A DNA stretch of 64,000 nt, from NCBI GenBank assembly GCA_964016885.1, contig OZ024742.1:30070001-30134000 (forward strand). The letters run 5' to 3'. Position numbers and translations under genes: made by a program. The DNA comes from Eledone cirrhosa. Its lineage: Eukaryota. The notes under the pieces are model-generated. The model had not been told where the DNA came from. It did not search any database and saw only the letters and a program-made list of their open reading frames with translations. This document shows, piece after piece, positions 9,737 to 22,379 of the stretch (positions are counted from its first letter, which is position 1; every line of letters starts with the position of its first letter).

Positions 9737-11690
9737 GAATGCTATGGTTGACGGAGGCTCGGCTCTGTAAGGTATTGTAAATTTTGAACGCTATAACAAT
9801 TGTAAATTGTTTAAAACTTTAACGAACTTGTAGACAAAAACACCCTCCTCCTCGTGAGAGGGGTCTTTCTGCCTGTTATTTGGCCCTTCAGGGTTAAATA
9901 ACTGCTTATTGGGGTTTTGTGCCCAATATTTATTTTAAACAAAAAAAACAACATGGCTACGAAAAAGAATTTTCATAGGTCACTCCCACTCATTCCGTCT
10001 TCTTCTTCCTCAATCATCACTACAGCAGAGAGAAGATTGTCTCTCTCCCTCCCTTCTTTAAATGTGTCTCTCTCCTCCCTTCTCTTTCGCAGGCGACGAC
10101 AGAAGAGAAAAGTCTCGTGCAAAGCGTGCAAGATTTCTCCACGACGACGACGACAACGACGAAACAGGTGTGCGGGAAATACGAAAACCCATTTCATTCG
10201 TCTGACGTCAGGAATAATAGCAGTAGCAGCCGTAATAACAACAGCAAAAGTGACAATGAAAACAACAGTAGCAGCCGCAACAGCATCACCAGCAGCATAA
10301 ACAACAACAGCATTAGCAGCAGCAACACCAACAACAACCACAGCAACAGCGGCGGAGGCAGTAGTCGTAGTACCTGCAGCAACAACAAAAGTAACAGCAG
10401 CTCTGACGACAACAACAACAACAGCAGCAAAGAAAAACCAATCTCATTTGCAGGTATTGGGAAGAACCTGGAAACAATCCTCATAACAAATGAGGAATTA
10501 GAGGAAGCGAAGAAGATGGTGACAAAGACTGGACACCGAGCAATCTGCAAGGCAGCGGAAAAATTTTTCGAAACCCAACAGCACTGTACGGTCACAGTAA
10601 GTACAAAATCCCGTAGGGTTGAAAGAGCCACAGAGGCTCAAATACAAAAAGCCTTGGGGTCTGTGTGGCAGCGGAAAACGTAGATCACCCGAGGCAAAAA
10701 ATATGCCACCGTAGACGTACTTTTTTCCACACCCCAGGAGGGGTGGAATGTCTTCAGGCGCTCACATCCCTCGACCAATCGGGCAATGTGATCGGTGGAA
10801 ACTCCACCTCGGCGTTCTATAGAGGATAAGTGGAGGGGAAGAGCGACGACGTACTTGGGGAAACTCTAGGCGTCGACGAAAATCAACTAGCCAATCTCTT
10901 CGGAAGAACTTTCGGGCCGGGGCCTATGGACAACTTCCAGAAATCTCTGGCCTGGCAGTGCTACCGAGGAGCCTTGCCAGTTCGGGATAAACTCTACAGG
11001 CATGGAGGTGCCGTCAGCCGGGCATGTCCGAGATGCGCGCAAGGCGACGAAACCGTCCTTCACGCACTCGTCCAGTGTCCGAAAATTGCTGACTTGTGGG
11101 TTTATGTCGAACAGCTGCTGTCGCGTTTAGGACGGATCCGGCTATCATCTGAGTCCATAGTGAGGATTGCCCCGCCCTCCTCCTTTAGCCGGGAAGGGCA
11201 GGCAGTTTTTATCTGTCTGGTGGCCATGGCGAAACAGATAGTATGGTGGACACGTTTGAAAGGGCTGAAGGCGAGCACTTACCTCTTCGGTGATGCTCTG
11301 ATTGACTTTTTCAAATCTCATTTGAAAAGGAAAATCAGAGTAGAGAGGGAAGTGCTCTCTTCCCAGCATTTTGTTGAAAGATGGGTTAGAGAAGCAAGAA
11401 TGGCCCGAGTGAATGGGCCTACTCTGAGTATGTGTCTGTAAATTAAAGGTGGAAAACTGGGAGAGGGCACTTGCCTTGGTGGTCAGGGTCATTGTGGCTT
11501 TTACTGGGCTTTCTCCACAAATGTCCCTCCGAAGTCTCCCCCCTATTGGGGAATTTTTCATTGTTATTTTTTATTACATCCTCTGTTTTTGTTTTTTACA
11601 CGCAGAAATGCCCATTTGTACCCTCCTGTATTGTCCTGCACTGTCCTTAATGTCTACTTTATGTAAACCCTTGTGGTTAATAAAGAAATC
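9737..11690 (+). pseudogene. Tx1 copy 3, diverged, with ~4-kb internal deletion fusing ORF1 5' part to ORF2 3' part
   Basis: 9737-10741 matches 3662-4668, with a frameshift near 10075 and a stop at 10681. 10744-11690 matches 8730-9691. Confidence 0.93.
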
Positions 11691-11704
11691 ATTATTATTA
11701 TTAT

Positions 11705-11768
<64 letters not shown>

Positions 11769-11807
11769 GGTGGTGGTGGTGGTGGTAGTTTTATTATTAT
11801 TATTATT
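11691..11807 (+). repeat. Compound (ATT)n(AGT)n(GGT)n(ATT)n microsatellite ending the array
   Basis: Read directly. Confidence 0.95.
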
Positions 11808-11900
11808 GCGTGTTGTCACTACATTACGTAACACATATTGATCGCTTGTAGAGTATAACTACTGAATCTTCTACTGCCTTCCTAGTCTCAACAATTACCT

Positions 11901-14900
11901 CAGACACTATTGTCTATGTATAGTGTCTAACATGGCCAGGCACTACTGTCTATGTATAGTGTCTAACATGGCCAGGCACTACTGTCTATGTATAGTGTCT
12001 AACATGGCCAGACAATACTGTCTATGTATAGTGTCTAACATGGCCAGGCACTACTGTCTATGTATAGTGTCTAACATGGCCAGACAATACTGTCTATGTA
12101 TAGTGTCTAACATGGCCAGGCATTACTGTCTATGTATAGTGTCTAACATGGCCAGGCACTACTGTCTATGTATAGTGTCTAACATGGCCAGGCACTACTG
12201 TCTATGTATAGTGTCTAACATGGCCAGGCACTACTGTCTATGTATAGTGTCTAACATGGCCAGGCACTACTGTCTATGTATAGTGTCTAACATGGCCAGG
12301 CACTACTGTCTATGTATAGTGTCTAACATGGCCAGGCACTACTGTCTATGTATAGTGTCTAACATGGCCAGGCACTACTGTCTATGTATAGTGTCTAACA
12401 TGGCCAGGCACTACTGTCTATGTATAGCGTCTAACATGGCCAGGCACTACTGTCTATGTATAGTGTCTAACATGGCCAGACAATACTGTCTATGTATAGT
12501 GTCTAACATGGCCAGGCACTACTGTCTATGTATAGTGTCTAACATGGCCAGGCACTACTGTCTATGTATAGTGTCTAACATGGCCAGACAATACTGTCTA
12601 TGTATAGTGTCTAACATGGCCAGACACTACTGTCTATGTATATTGTCTAACATGGCCAGGCACTACTGTCTATGTATAGTGTCTAACATGGCCAGGCACT
12701 ACTGTCTATGTATAGTGTCTAACATGGCCAGGCACTACTGTCTATGTATAGTGTCTAACATGGCCAGGCACTACTGTCTATGTATAGTGTCTAACATGGC
12801 CAGGCACTACTGTCTATGTATAGTGTCTAACATGGCCAGACAATACTGTCTATGTATAGTGTCTAACATGGCCAGACACTACTGTCTATGTATATTGTCT
12901 AACATGGCCAGGCACTACTGTCTATGTATAGTGTCTAACATGGCCAGACACTACTGTCTATGTATAGCGTCTAACATGGCCAGGCACTACTGTCTATGTA
13001 TAGTGTCTAACATGGCCAGACAATACTGTCTATGTATAGTGTCTAACATGGCCAGGCACTACTGTCTATGTATAGTGTCTAACATGGCCAGGCACTACTG
13101 TCTATGTATAGTGTCTAACATGGCCAGGCACTACTGTCTATGTATAGTGTCTAACATGGCCAGGCACTACTGTCTATGTATAGTGTCTAACATGGCCAGA
13201 CACTACTGTCTATGTATAGTGTCTAACATGGCCAGGCACTACTGTCTATGTATAGTGTCTAACATGGCCAGACACTACTGTCTATGTATAGTGTCTAACA
13301 TGGCCAGGCACTACTGTCTATGTATAGTGTCTAACATGGCCAGGCACTACTGTCTATGTATAGTGTCTAACATGGCCAGGCACTACTGTCTATGTATAGT
13401 GTCTAACATGGCCAGACACTACTGTCTATGTATAGTGTCTAACATGGCCAGGCACTACTGTCTATGTATAGTGTCTAACATGGCCAGACACTACTGTCTA
13501 TGTATAGTGTCTAACATGGCCAGGCACTACTGTCTATGTATAGTGTCTAACATGGCCAGACACTACTGTCTGTGTATAGTGTCTAACATGGCCAGGCACT
13601 ACTGTCTATGTATAGTGTCTAACATGGCCAGACACTACTGTCTATGTATAGTGTCTAACATGGCCAGGCACTACTGTCTATGTATAGTGTCTAACATGGC
13701 CAGACACTACTGTCTATGTATAGTGTCTAACATGGCCAGGCACTACTGTCTATGTATAGTGTCTAACATGGCCAGGCACTACTGTCTATGTATAGTGTCT
13801 AACATGGCCAGGCACTACTGTCTATGTATAGTGTCTAACATGGCCAGACACTACTGTCTATGTATAGTGTCTAACATGGCCAGGCACTACTGTCTATGTA
13901 TAGTGTCTAACATGGCCAGGCACTACTGTCTATGTATAGTGTCTAACATGGCCAGACACTACTGTCTATGTATAGTGTCTAACATGGCCAGGCACTACTG
14001 TCTATGTATAGTGTCTAACATGGCCAGGCACTACTGTCTATGTATAGTGTCTAACATGGCCAGGCACTACTGTCTATGTATAGTGTCTAACATGGCCAGG
14101 CACTACTGTCTATGTATAGTGTCTAACATGGCCAGACACTACTGTCTATGTATAGTGTCTAACATGGCCAGGCACTACTGTCTATGTATAGTGTCTAACA
14201 TGGCCAGGCACTACTGTCTATGTATAGTGTCTAACATGGCCAGGCACTACTGTCTATGTATAGTGTCTAACATGGCCAGGCACTACTGTCTATGTATAGT
14301 GTCTAACATGGCCAGACACTACTGTCTATGTATAGTGTCTAACATGGCCAGGCACTACTGTCTATGTATAGTGTCTAACATGGCCAGGCACTACTGTCTA
14401 TGTATAGTGTCTAACATGGCCAGACAATACTGTCTATGTATAGTGTCTAACATGGCCAGGCACTACTGTCTATGTATAGTGTCTAACATGGCCAGGCACT
14501 ACTGTCTATGTATAGTGTCTAACATGGCCAGGCACTACTGTCTATGTATAGTGTCTAACATGGCCAGGCACTACTGTCTATGTATAGTGTCTAACATGGC
14601 CAGGCACTACTGTCTATGTATAGTGTCTAACATGGCCAGGCACTACTGTCTATGTATAGTGTCTAACATGGCCAGGCACTACTGTCTATGTATAGTGTCT
14701 AACATGGCCAGGCACTACTGTCTATGTATAGTGTCTAACATGGCCAGACACTACTGTCTATGTATAGTGTCTAACATGGCCAGGCACTACTGTCTATGTA
14801 TAGTGTCTAACATGGCCAGGCACTACTGTCTATGTATAGTGTCTAACATGGCCAGACACTACTGTCTATGTATAGTGTCTAACATGGCCAGGCACTACTG

Positions 14901-17900
14901 TCTATGTATAGTGTCTAACATGGCCAGGCACTACTGTCTATGTATAGTGTCTAACATGGCCAGGCACTACTGTCTATGTATAGTGTCTAACATGGCCAGA
15001 CACTACTGTCTATGTATAGTGTCTAACATGGCCAGGCACTACTGTCTATGTATAGTGTCTAACATGGCCAGGCACTACTGTCTATGTATAGTGTCTAACA
15101 TGGCCAGGCACTACTGTCTATGTATAGTGTCTAACATGGCCAGGCACTACTGTCTATGTATAGTGTCTAACATGGCCAGCACTACTGTCTATGTATAGTG
15201 TCTAACATGGCCAGGCACTACTGTCTATGTATAGTGTCTAACATGGCCAGGCACTACTGTCTATGTATAGTGTCTAACATGGCCAGGCACTACTGTCTAT
15301 GTATAGTGTCTAACATGGCCAGGCACTACTGTCTATGTATAGTGTCTAACATGGCCAGGCACTACTGTCTATGTATAGTGTCTAACATGGCCAGGCACTA
15401 CTGTCTATGTATAGTGTCTAACATGGCCAGGCACTACTGTCTATGTATAGTGTCTAACATGGCCAGGCACTACTGTCTATGTATAGTGTCTAACATGGCC
15501 AGGCACTACTGTCTATGTATAGTGTCTAACATGGCCAGGCACTACTGTCTATGTATAGTGTCTAACATGGCCAGGCACTACTGTCTATGTATAGTGTCTA
15601 ACATGGCCAGGCACTACTGTCTATGTATAGTGTCTAACATGGCCAGACACTACTGTCTATGTATAGTGTCTAACATGGCCAGGCACTACTGTCTATGTAT
15701 AGTGTCTAACATGGCCAGGCACTACTGTCTATGTATAGTGTCTAACATGGCCAGGCACTACTGTCTATGTATAGTGTCTAACATGGCCAGGCACTACTGT
15801 CTATGTATAGTGTCTAACATGGCCAGGCACTACTGTCTATGTATAGTGTCTAACATGGCCAGGCACTACTGTCTATGTATAGTGTCTAACATGGCCAGGC
15901 ACTACTGTCTATGTATAGTGTCTAACATGGCCAGGCACTACTGTCTATGTATAGTGTCTAACATGGCCAGGCACTACTGTCTATGTATAGTGTCTAACAT
16001 GGCCAGGCACTACTGTCTATGTATAGTGTCTAACATGGCCAGGCACTACTGTCTATGTATAGTGTCTAACATGGCCAGGCACTACTGTCTATGTATAGTG
16101 TCTAACATGGCCAGACACTACTGTCTATGTATAGTGTCTAACATGGCCAGGCACTACTGTCTATGTATAGTGTCTAACATGGCCAGGCACTACTGTCTAT
16201 GTATAGTGTCTAACATGGCCAGGCACTACTGTCTATGTATAGTGTCTAACATGGCCAGGCACTACTGTCTATGTATAGTGTCTAACATGGCCAGGCACTA
16301 CTGTCTATGTATAGTGTCTAACATGGCAGGCACTACTGTCTATGTATAGTGTCTAACATGGCCAGGCACTACTGTCTATGTATAGTGTCTAACATGGCCA
16401 GGCACTACTGTCTATGTATAGTGTCTAACATGGCCAGGCACTACTGTCTATGTATAGTGTCTAACATGGCCAGGCACTACTGTCTATGTATAGTGTCTAA
16501 CATGGCCAGACACTACTGTCTATGTATAGTGTCTAACATGGCCAGGCACTACTGTCTATGTATCTATGTATAGTGTCTAACATGGCCAGGCACTACTGTC
16601 TATGTATAGTGTCTAACATGGCCAGACACTACTGTCTATGTATAGTGTCTAACATGGCCAGGCACTACTGTCTATGTATAGTGTCTAACATGGCCAGGCA
16701 CTACTGTCTATGTATAGTGTCTAACATGGCCAGACACTACTGTCTATGTATAGTGTCTAACATGGCCAGACACTACTGTCTATGTATAGTGTCTAACATG
16801 GCCAGGCACTACTGTCTATGTATAGTGTCTAACATGGCCAGACACTACTGTCTATGTATAGTGTCTAACATGGCCAGGCACTACTGTCTATGTATAGTGT
16901 CTAACATGGCCAGACACTACTGTCTATGTATAGTGTCTAACATGGCCAGACACTACTGTCTATGTATAGTGTCTAACATGGCCAGGCACTACTGTCTATG
17001 TATAGTGTCTAACATGGCCAGACAATACTGTCTATGTATAGTGTCTAACATGGCCAGGCACTACTGTCTATGTATAGTGTCTAACATGGCCAGACACTAC
17101 TGTCTATGTATAGTGTCTAACATGGCCAGACACTACTGTCTATGTATAGTGTCTAACATGGCCAGGCACTACTGTCTATGTATAGTGTCTAACATGGCCA
17201 GACAATACTGTCTATGTATAGTGTCTAATATGGCCAGACACTACTGTCTATGTATAGTGTCTAACATGGCCAGGCACTACTGTCTATGTATAGTGTCTAA
17301 CATGGCCAGGCACTACTGTCTATGTATAGTGTCTAACATGGCCAGACACTACTGTCTATGTATAGTGTCTAACATGGCCAGGCACTACTGTCTATGTATA
17401 GTGTCTAACATGGCCAGACACTACTGTCTATGTATAGTGTCCAACATGGCCAGGCACTACTGTCTATGTATAGTGTCTAACATGGCCAGACACTACTGTC
17501 TATGTATAGTGTCTAACATGGCCAGGCACTACTGTCTATGTATAGTGTCTAACATGGCCAGACACTACTGTCTATGTATAGTGTCCAACATGGCCAGGCA
17601 CTACTGTCTATGTATAGTGTCTAACATGGCCAGGCACTACTGTCTATGTATAGTGTCTAACATGGCCAGGCACTACTGTCTATGTATAGTGTCTAACATG
17701 GCCAGACACTACTGTCTATGTATAGTGTCCAACATGGCCAGGCACTACTGTCTATGTATAGTGTCTAACATGGCCAGGCACTACTGTCTATGTATAGTGT
17801 CTAACATGGCCAGGCACTACTGTCTATGTATAGTGTCTAACATGGCCAGACACTACTGTCTATGTATAGTGTCTAACATGGCCAGGCACTACTGTCTATG

Positions 17901-19718
17901 TATAGTGTCTAACATGGCCAGGCACTACTGTCTATGTATAGTGTCTAACATGGCCAGGCACTACTGTCTATGTATAGTGTCTAACATGGCCAGACACTAC
18001 TGTCTATGTATAGTGTCTAACATGGCCAGGCACTACTGTCTATGTATAGTGTCTAACATGGCCAGGCACTACTGTCTATGTATAGTGTCTAACATGGCCA
18101 GGCACTACTGTCTATGTATAGTGTCTAACATGGCCAGGCACTACTGTCTATGTATAGTGTCTAACATGGCCAGGCACTACTGTCTATGTATAGTGTCTAA
18201 CATGGCCAGGCACTACTGTCTATGTATAGTGCCTAACATGGCCAGGCACTACTGTCTATGTATAGTGTCTAACATGGCCAGACACTACTGTCTATGTATA
18301 GTGTCTAACATGGCCAGGCACTACTGTCTATGTATAGTGTCTAACATGGCCAGGCACTACTGTCTATGTATAGTGTCTAACATGGCCAGACACTACTGTC
18401 TATGTATAGTGTCTAACATGGCCAGGCACTACTGTCTATGTATAGTGTCTAACATGGCCAGGCACTACTGTCTATGTATAGTGTCTAACATGGCCAGGCA
18501 CTACTGTCTATGTATAGTGTCTAACATGGCCAGACACTACTGTCTATGTATAGTGTCTAACATGGCCAGGCACTACTGTCTATGTATAGTGTCTAACATG
18601 GCCAGGCACTACTGTCTATGTATAGTGTCTAACATGGCCAGGCACTACTGTCTATGTATAGTGTCTAACATGGCCAGGCACTACTGTCTATGTATAGTGT
18701 CTAACATGGCCAGGCACTACTGTCTATGTATAGTGTCTAACATGGCCAGGCACTACTGTCTATGTATAGTGTCTAACATGGCCAGGCACTACTGTCTATG
18801 TATAGTGTCTAACATGGCCAGGCACTACTGTCTATGTATAGTGTCTAACATGGCCAGGCACTACTGTCTATGTATAGTGTCTAACATGGCCAGGCACTAC
18901 TGTCTATGTATAGTGTCTAACATGGCCAGGCACTACTGTCTATGTATAGTGTCTAACATGGCCAGGCACTACTGTCTATGTATAGTGTCTAACATGGCCA
19001 GGCACTACTGTCTATGTATAGTGTCTAACATGGCCAGGCACTACTGTCTATGTATAGTGTCTAACATGGCCAGGCACTACTGTCTATGTATAGTGTCTAA
19101 CATGGCCAGGCACTACTGTCTATGTATAGTGTCTAACATGGCCAGGCACTACTGTCTATGTATAGTGTCTAACATGGCCAGGCACTACTGTCTATGTATA
19201 GTGTCTAACATGGCCAGGCACTACTGTCTATGTATAGTGTCTAACATGGCCAGGCACTACTGTCTATGTATAGTGTCCAACATGGCCAGGCACTACTGTC
19301 TATGTATAGTGTCTAACATGGCCAGACACTACTGTCTATGTATAGTGTCTAACATGGCCAGGCACTACTGTCTATGTATAGTGTCTAACATGGCCAGACA
19401 ATACTGTCTATGTATAGTGTCTAACATGGCCAGACACTACTGTCTATGTATAGTGTCTAACATGGCCAGGCACTACTGTCTATGTATAGTGTCTAACATG
19501 GCCAGGCACTACTGTCTATGTATAGTGTCTAACATGGCCAGGCACTACTGTCTATGTATAGTGTCTAACATGGCCAGGCACTACTGTCTATGTATAGTGT
19601 CTAACATGGCCAGGCACTACTGTCTATGTATAGTGTCTAACATGGCCAGGCACTACTGTCTATGTATAGTGTCTAACATGGCGAGGCACTACTGTCTATG
19701 TATAGTGTCTAACATGGC
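11901..19718. repeat. 36-bp tandem satellite, ~217 copies (AACATGGCCAGRCACTACTGTCTATGTATAGTGTCT)
   Basis: 7818 bp divided by 36. Very homogeneous, with small indels near 15180, 16327 and 16562. Confidence 0.98.
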
Positions 19719-19794
19719 TGTCTTCGGTAAGACACCAATGTCTCATTCAAGCTCTATTTAGTTCATGTTAGTCTCAACCTTAGGCAGTACTTTC

Positions 19795-19852
19795 CTGTGT
19801 ATATATATATATATGTGTGTGTGTGCGTGCGTGCGTGCGTGCGTGCGTGCGT

Positions 19853-19946
<94 letters not shown>
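19795..19946. repeat. (TA)n(TGCG)n(TG)n microsatellite
   Basis: Read directly. Confidence 0.95.
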
Positions 19947-20100
19947 CTAACATGGCAGTCTCTTACACGTGAGCAATTTCTGATTCAAGGCCTATTTGTT
20001 TGAGATACTCTGTCAGTTTTACTGGTATTGAGCAGAAAGATCCAATGACATCTGGCATTATCTTAACGTTGTTAGGTGGTATTGACTATATTTGTACAAT

Positions 20101-20490
20101 TTCTTCTTATTCTTCTTGGGAGCAGGGTCCTTAAACACTCCTTTCAGCAGGTATTGTCAGAAGCAACCATTTCCAACTGATCCAGCTGGATCCTCAAGCA
20201 TGACCAGCCAAACTCATGGGTGTTATCAAAACCAGCTTCTTCTTTTTCGTCCACTTATTTCTGGGAGGGTCGTGAGGGGTAGAGTCCTTAAGCACTCTTT
20301 CCAGCAGGTCCTGTCAGAAGCAACCGTTTCCAACTGATCCAACTGGATCCCTAAGCGAGACCAGATGGGCTTATAGATGTTATCCAACCATCTTGCTCGG
20401 TATCTACCCCTGGGTCTCCAACCGGTTGGTTTTGCCCGTAAAATCTGTCCAGCGATTCTTTCCTGAGACATTCTAACCACATGTTTTGTT
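20101..20490 (-). mobile_element. RTE-like LINE 3' end remnant with a tandemly duplicated 3' segment
   Basis: Minus frame RIAGQILRAKPTGWRPRGRYRARWLDNI...ASDRTCWK resembles RTE C-termini (GxRPRGRPxxRW). 20125-20207 duplicates 20283-20365. (AAG)n-like tail. Confidence 0.7.
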
Positions 20491-20797
20491 ACTGCTTCAA
20501 TTTCTTTCAAGACTATCTTGTAGTTTTCTGGGATGGTAACATCATCGGATATTCACATCAATTTCTCAACATAACTACAATATCAGGTATGTTGTGTTCA
20601 AGTCTGTGGTTAGTTTTGATCGTGAAGTCCTAGAGGGTCGTGAGTTAGTCTCTGTCATAGTGGAGATCTACTGGCCCATGCTGGTATCATTTATCGGACG
20701 TCTGATAGCAATGTTTTACATATTGACCAATGAATGGACATAAAGATCTTCTCATGTCTTCTTTTATACGCGTTTTGTGATAACATTTTGTACACAT

Positions 20798-21032
20798 TGG
20801 GCAGAATTGTTAGAGCGTCGGACAACATGTTTTGCGGCATATTGTTACGGCCTTTTACGTTCTGGGTTCAAATCCTACCGAGGTTAGCTTTGCCGTTCAA
20901 CCTTACGGAGGTCGATAAAATAAAGTACCAGTAACGCACTGGGGTCGATTTGATCGAATTTTGCTTTTTCCCCCAAAACAATTGCTGTCCTTGTGCCTAA
21001 ATCAGAAACTATTGTTATTACTACTATTATTA
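20798..21032 (+). mobile_element. tRNA-derived SINE (family A; core resembles Meta/MESC domain)
   Basis: A-box-like TGGGCAGAATTG, B-box GGTTCAAATCC, core GGTCGATAAAATAAAGTACCAG, (TTA)n tail. Several copies in the window. Confidence 0.8.
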
Positions 21033-21505
21033 TTGGAATTTCCAATGAAGAAGATTTTATTTAAGTTGTTTTACAATTTGTTGTCGCTAACTCAATAAGA
21101 CACGTAGATTCGTTGTTTATTGTGTTGTTTGTTAGTATATGAAGAAGAGTTTAATTGTTCTAGTTTACATATTTCACACAAGTAGACATCTTGCTTTTAT
21201 TTCTTATTTTATTTCTTATTTTTATTTCTTGCTTTTATTTCTTATTTTATTTTTTTTTTTATTGGTATTTTTATTGGTTTTATTTATTTTGTTTATTTAT
21301 TTTGTTTATTTATTTATTTATTTATTGTTGTTATTTTTGTCTTTACGGCAGAAATTCATTTCAACATGGCTGATGGTATCGTGGAGGGGAGGGGAGAGAT
21401 GATTTTTTATTTTATTTTATTCATAATGGTGGTAGTTATCTTTCTCTTTCTATTGGAGGGGAAAAGGGAGGGGAGGCAAGGGAGAAGTTAGAAAGAAGTA
21501 GGTGG

Positions 21506-21506
21506 T

Positions 21507-21537
<31 letters not shown>

Positions 21538-21600
21538 AAGAAGAAGAAGAAGAAGAAGAAGAAGAAGAAGAAGAAGAAGAAGAAGAAGAAGAAGAAGAAA
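21506..21600. repeat. (AAG)n microsatellite
   Basis: Read directly. An (AGT)n run follows at 21709-21764. Confidence 0.95.
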
Positions 21601-21708
21601 AGAAACTAGTAATGTTTTGAGTATTGGGAGCAATTATTCGCGTAGTAACAATTATTCTAACATTAACGCTTACATGAACAATAATGGCAATACAAAGAGA
21701 AGAATCGA

Positions 21709-21764
<56 letters not shown>

Positions 21765-22379
21765 ACAAAGGCAACAACTGTAACAATAACATCAACAACA
21801 ATAACAACAATAAGACGGAGAAGAAGAAAAGTAAGAAAATGAAGAAGAAAAATAAGAAAGAAAGAATGAAAGTAGAAGAAAGAAAGAAAAATGAATGTTT
21901 AGTAGTTACAGACCCGGGCCTATGTGAAAATTAGCCTTGAGATGTTTAACTAGTGACACCTGGGACGTTTCCCATGATAAAATACAGTTCTTGACTACTC
22001 ACAAATATTCATTAACATCGAGGAAATAACAACGAAGAAAATCGAAAACAAATTATGAAAATGTTGAAGAACTGTACAAGTAATACATTAACTTATTCGA
22101 GAAATTGTGTTACGTGTTGCTTCGTATAAGTAATTTATTACAAACACTAATACTAATGGCCTCCGATTAGTTACCACATGTAAACACACACTAACGGGAT
22201 ATAAGTCTAGTCCCAAAGAATCTCAAAATATACGGACATTTAAAAGACTTTAAACAAAGCAAACAGTTTGACTTCAACCCAAAATAATTTTATCAGAAAT
22301 TAATGTACGAGGGTCGACTGGAAAGTAAAGTATCTCTAAACCAGATAAAGAGTTTAACAAAATATAAAGATGTAGAAAT

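Noticed and set aside
11901-19718. CRISPR-like 36-bp palindromic repeat
   Set aside because: Units are contiguous with no unique spacers, there are no cas genes, and the context is eukaryotic.
11923-19761. Long Cys-rich ORFs (SNMARHYCLCIV)n
   Set aside because: A 36-bp unit with one stop-free frame. Indels break the frame and there are no unique termini, so this is a satellite artefact.
20798-20880. tRNA genes at A/B-box sites
   Set aside because: No cloverleaf. These are SINE heads followed by a shared core and tail.
22306-22335. Mariner-like TIR TACGAGGGTCGACTGGAAAGT
   Set aside because: No matching second TIR was found, so it is too short to call an element.
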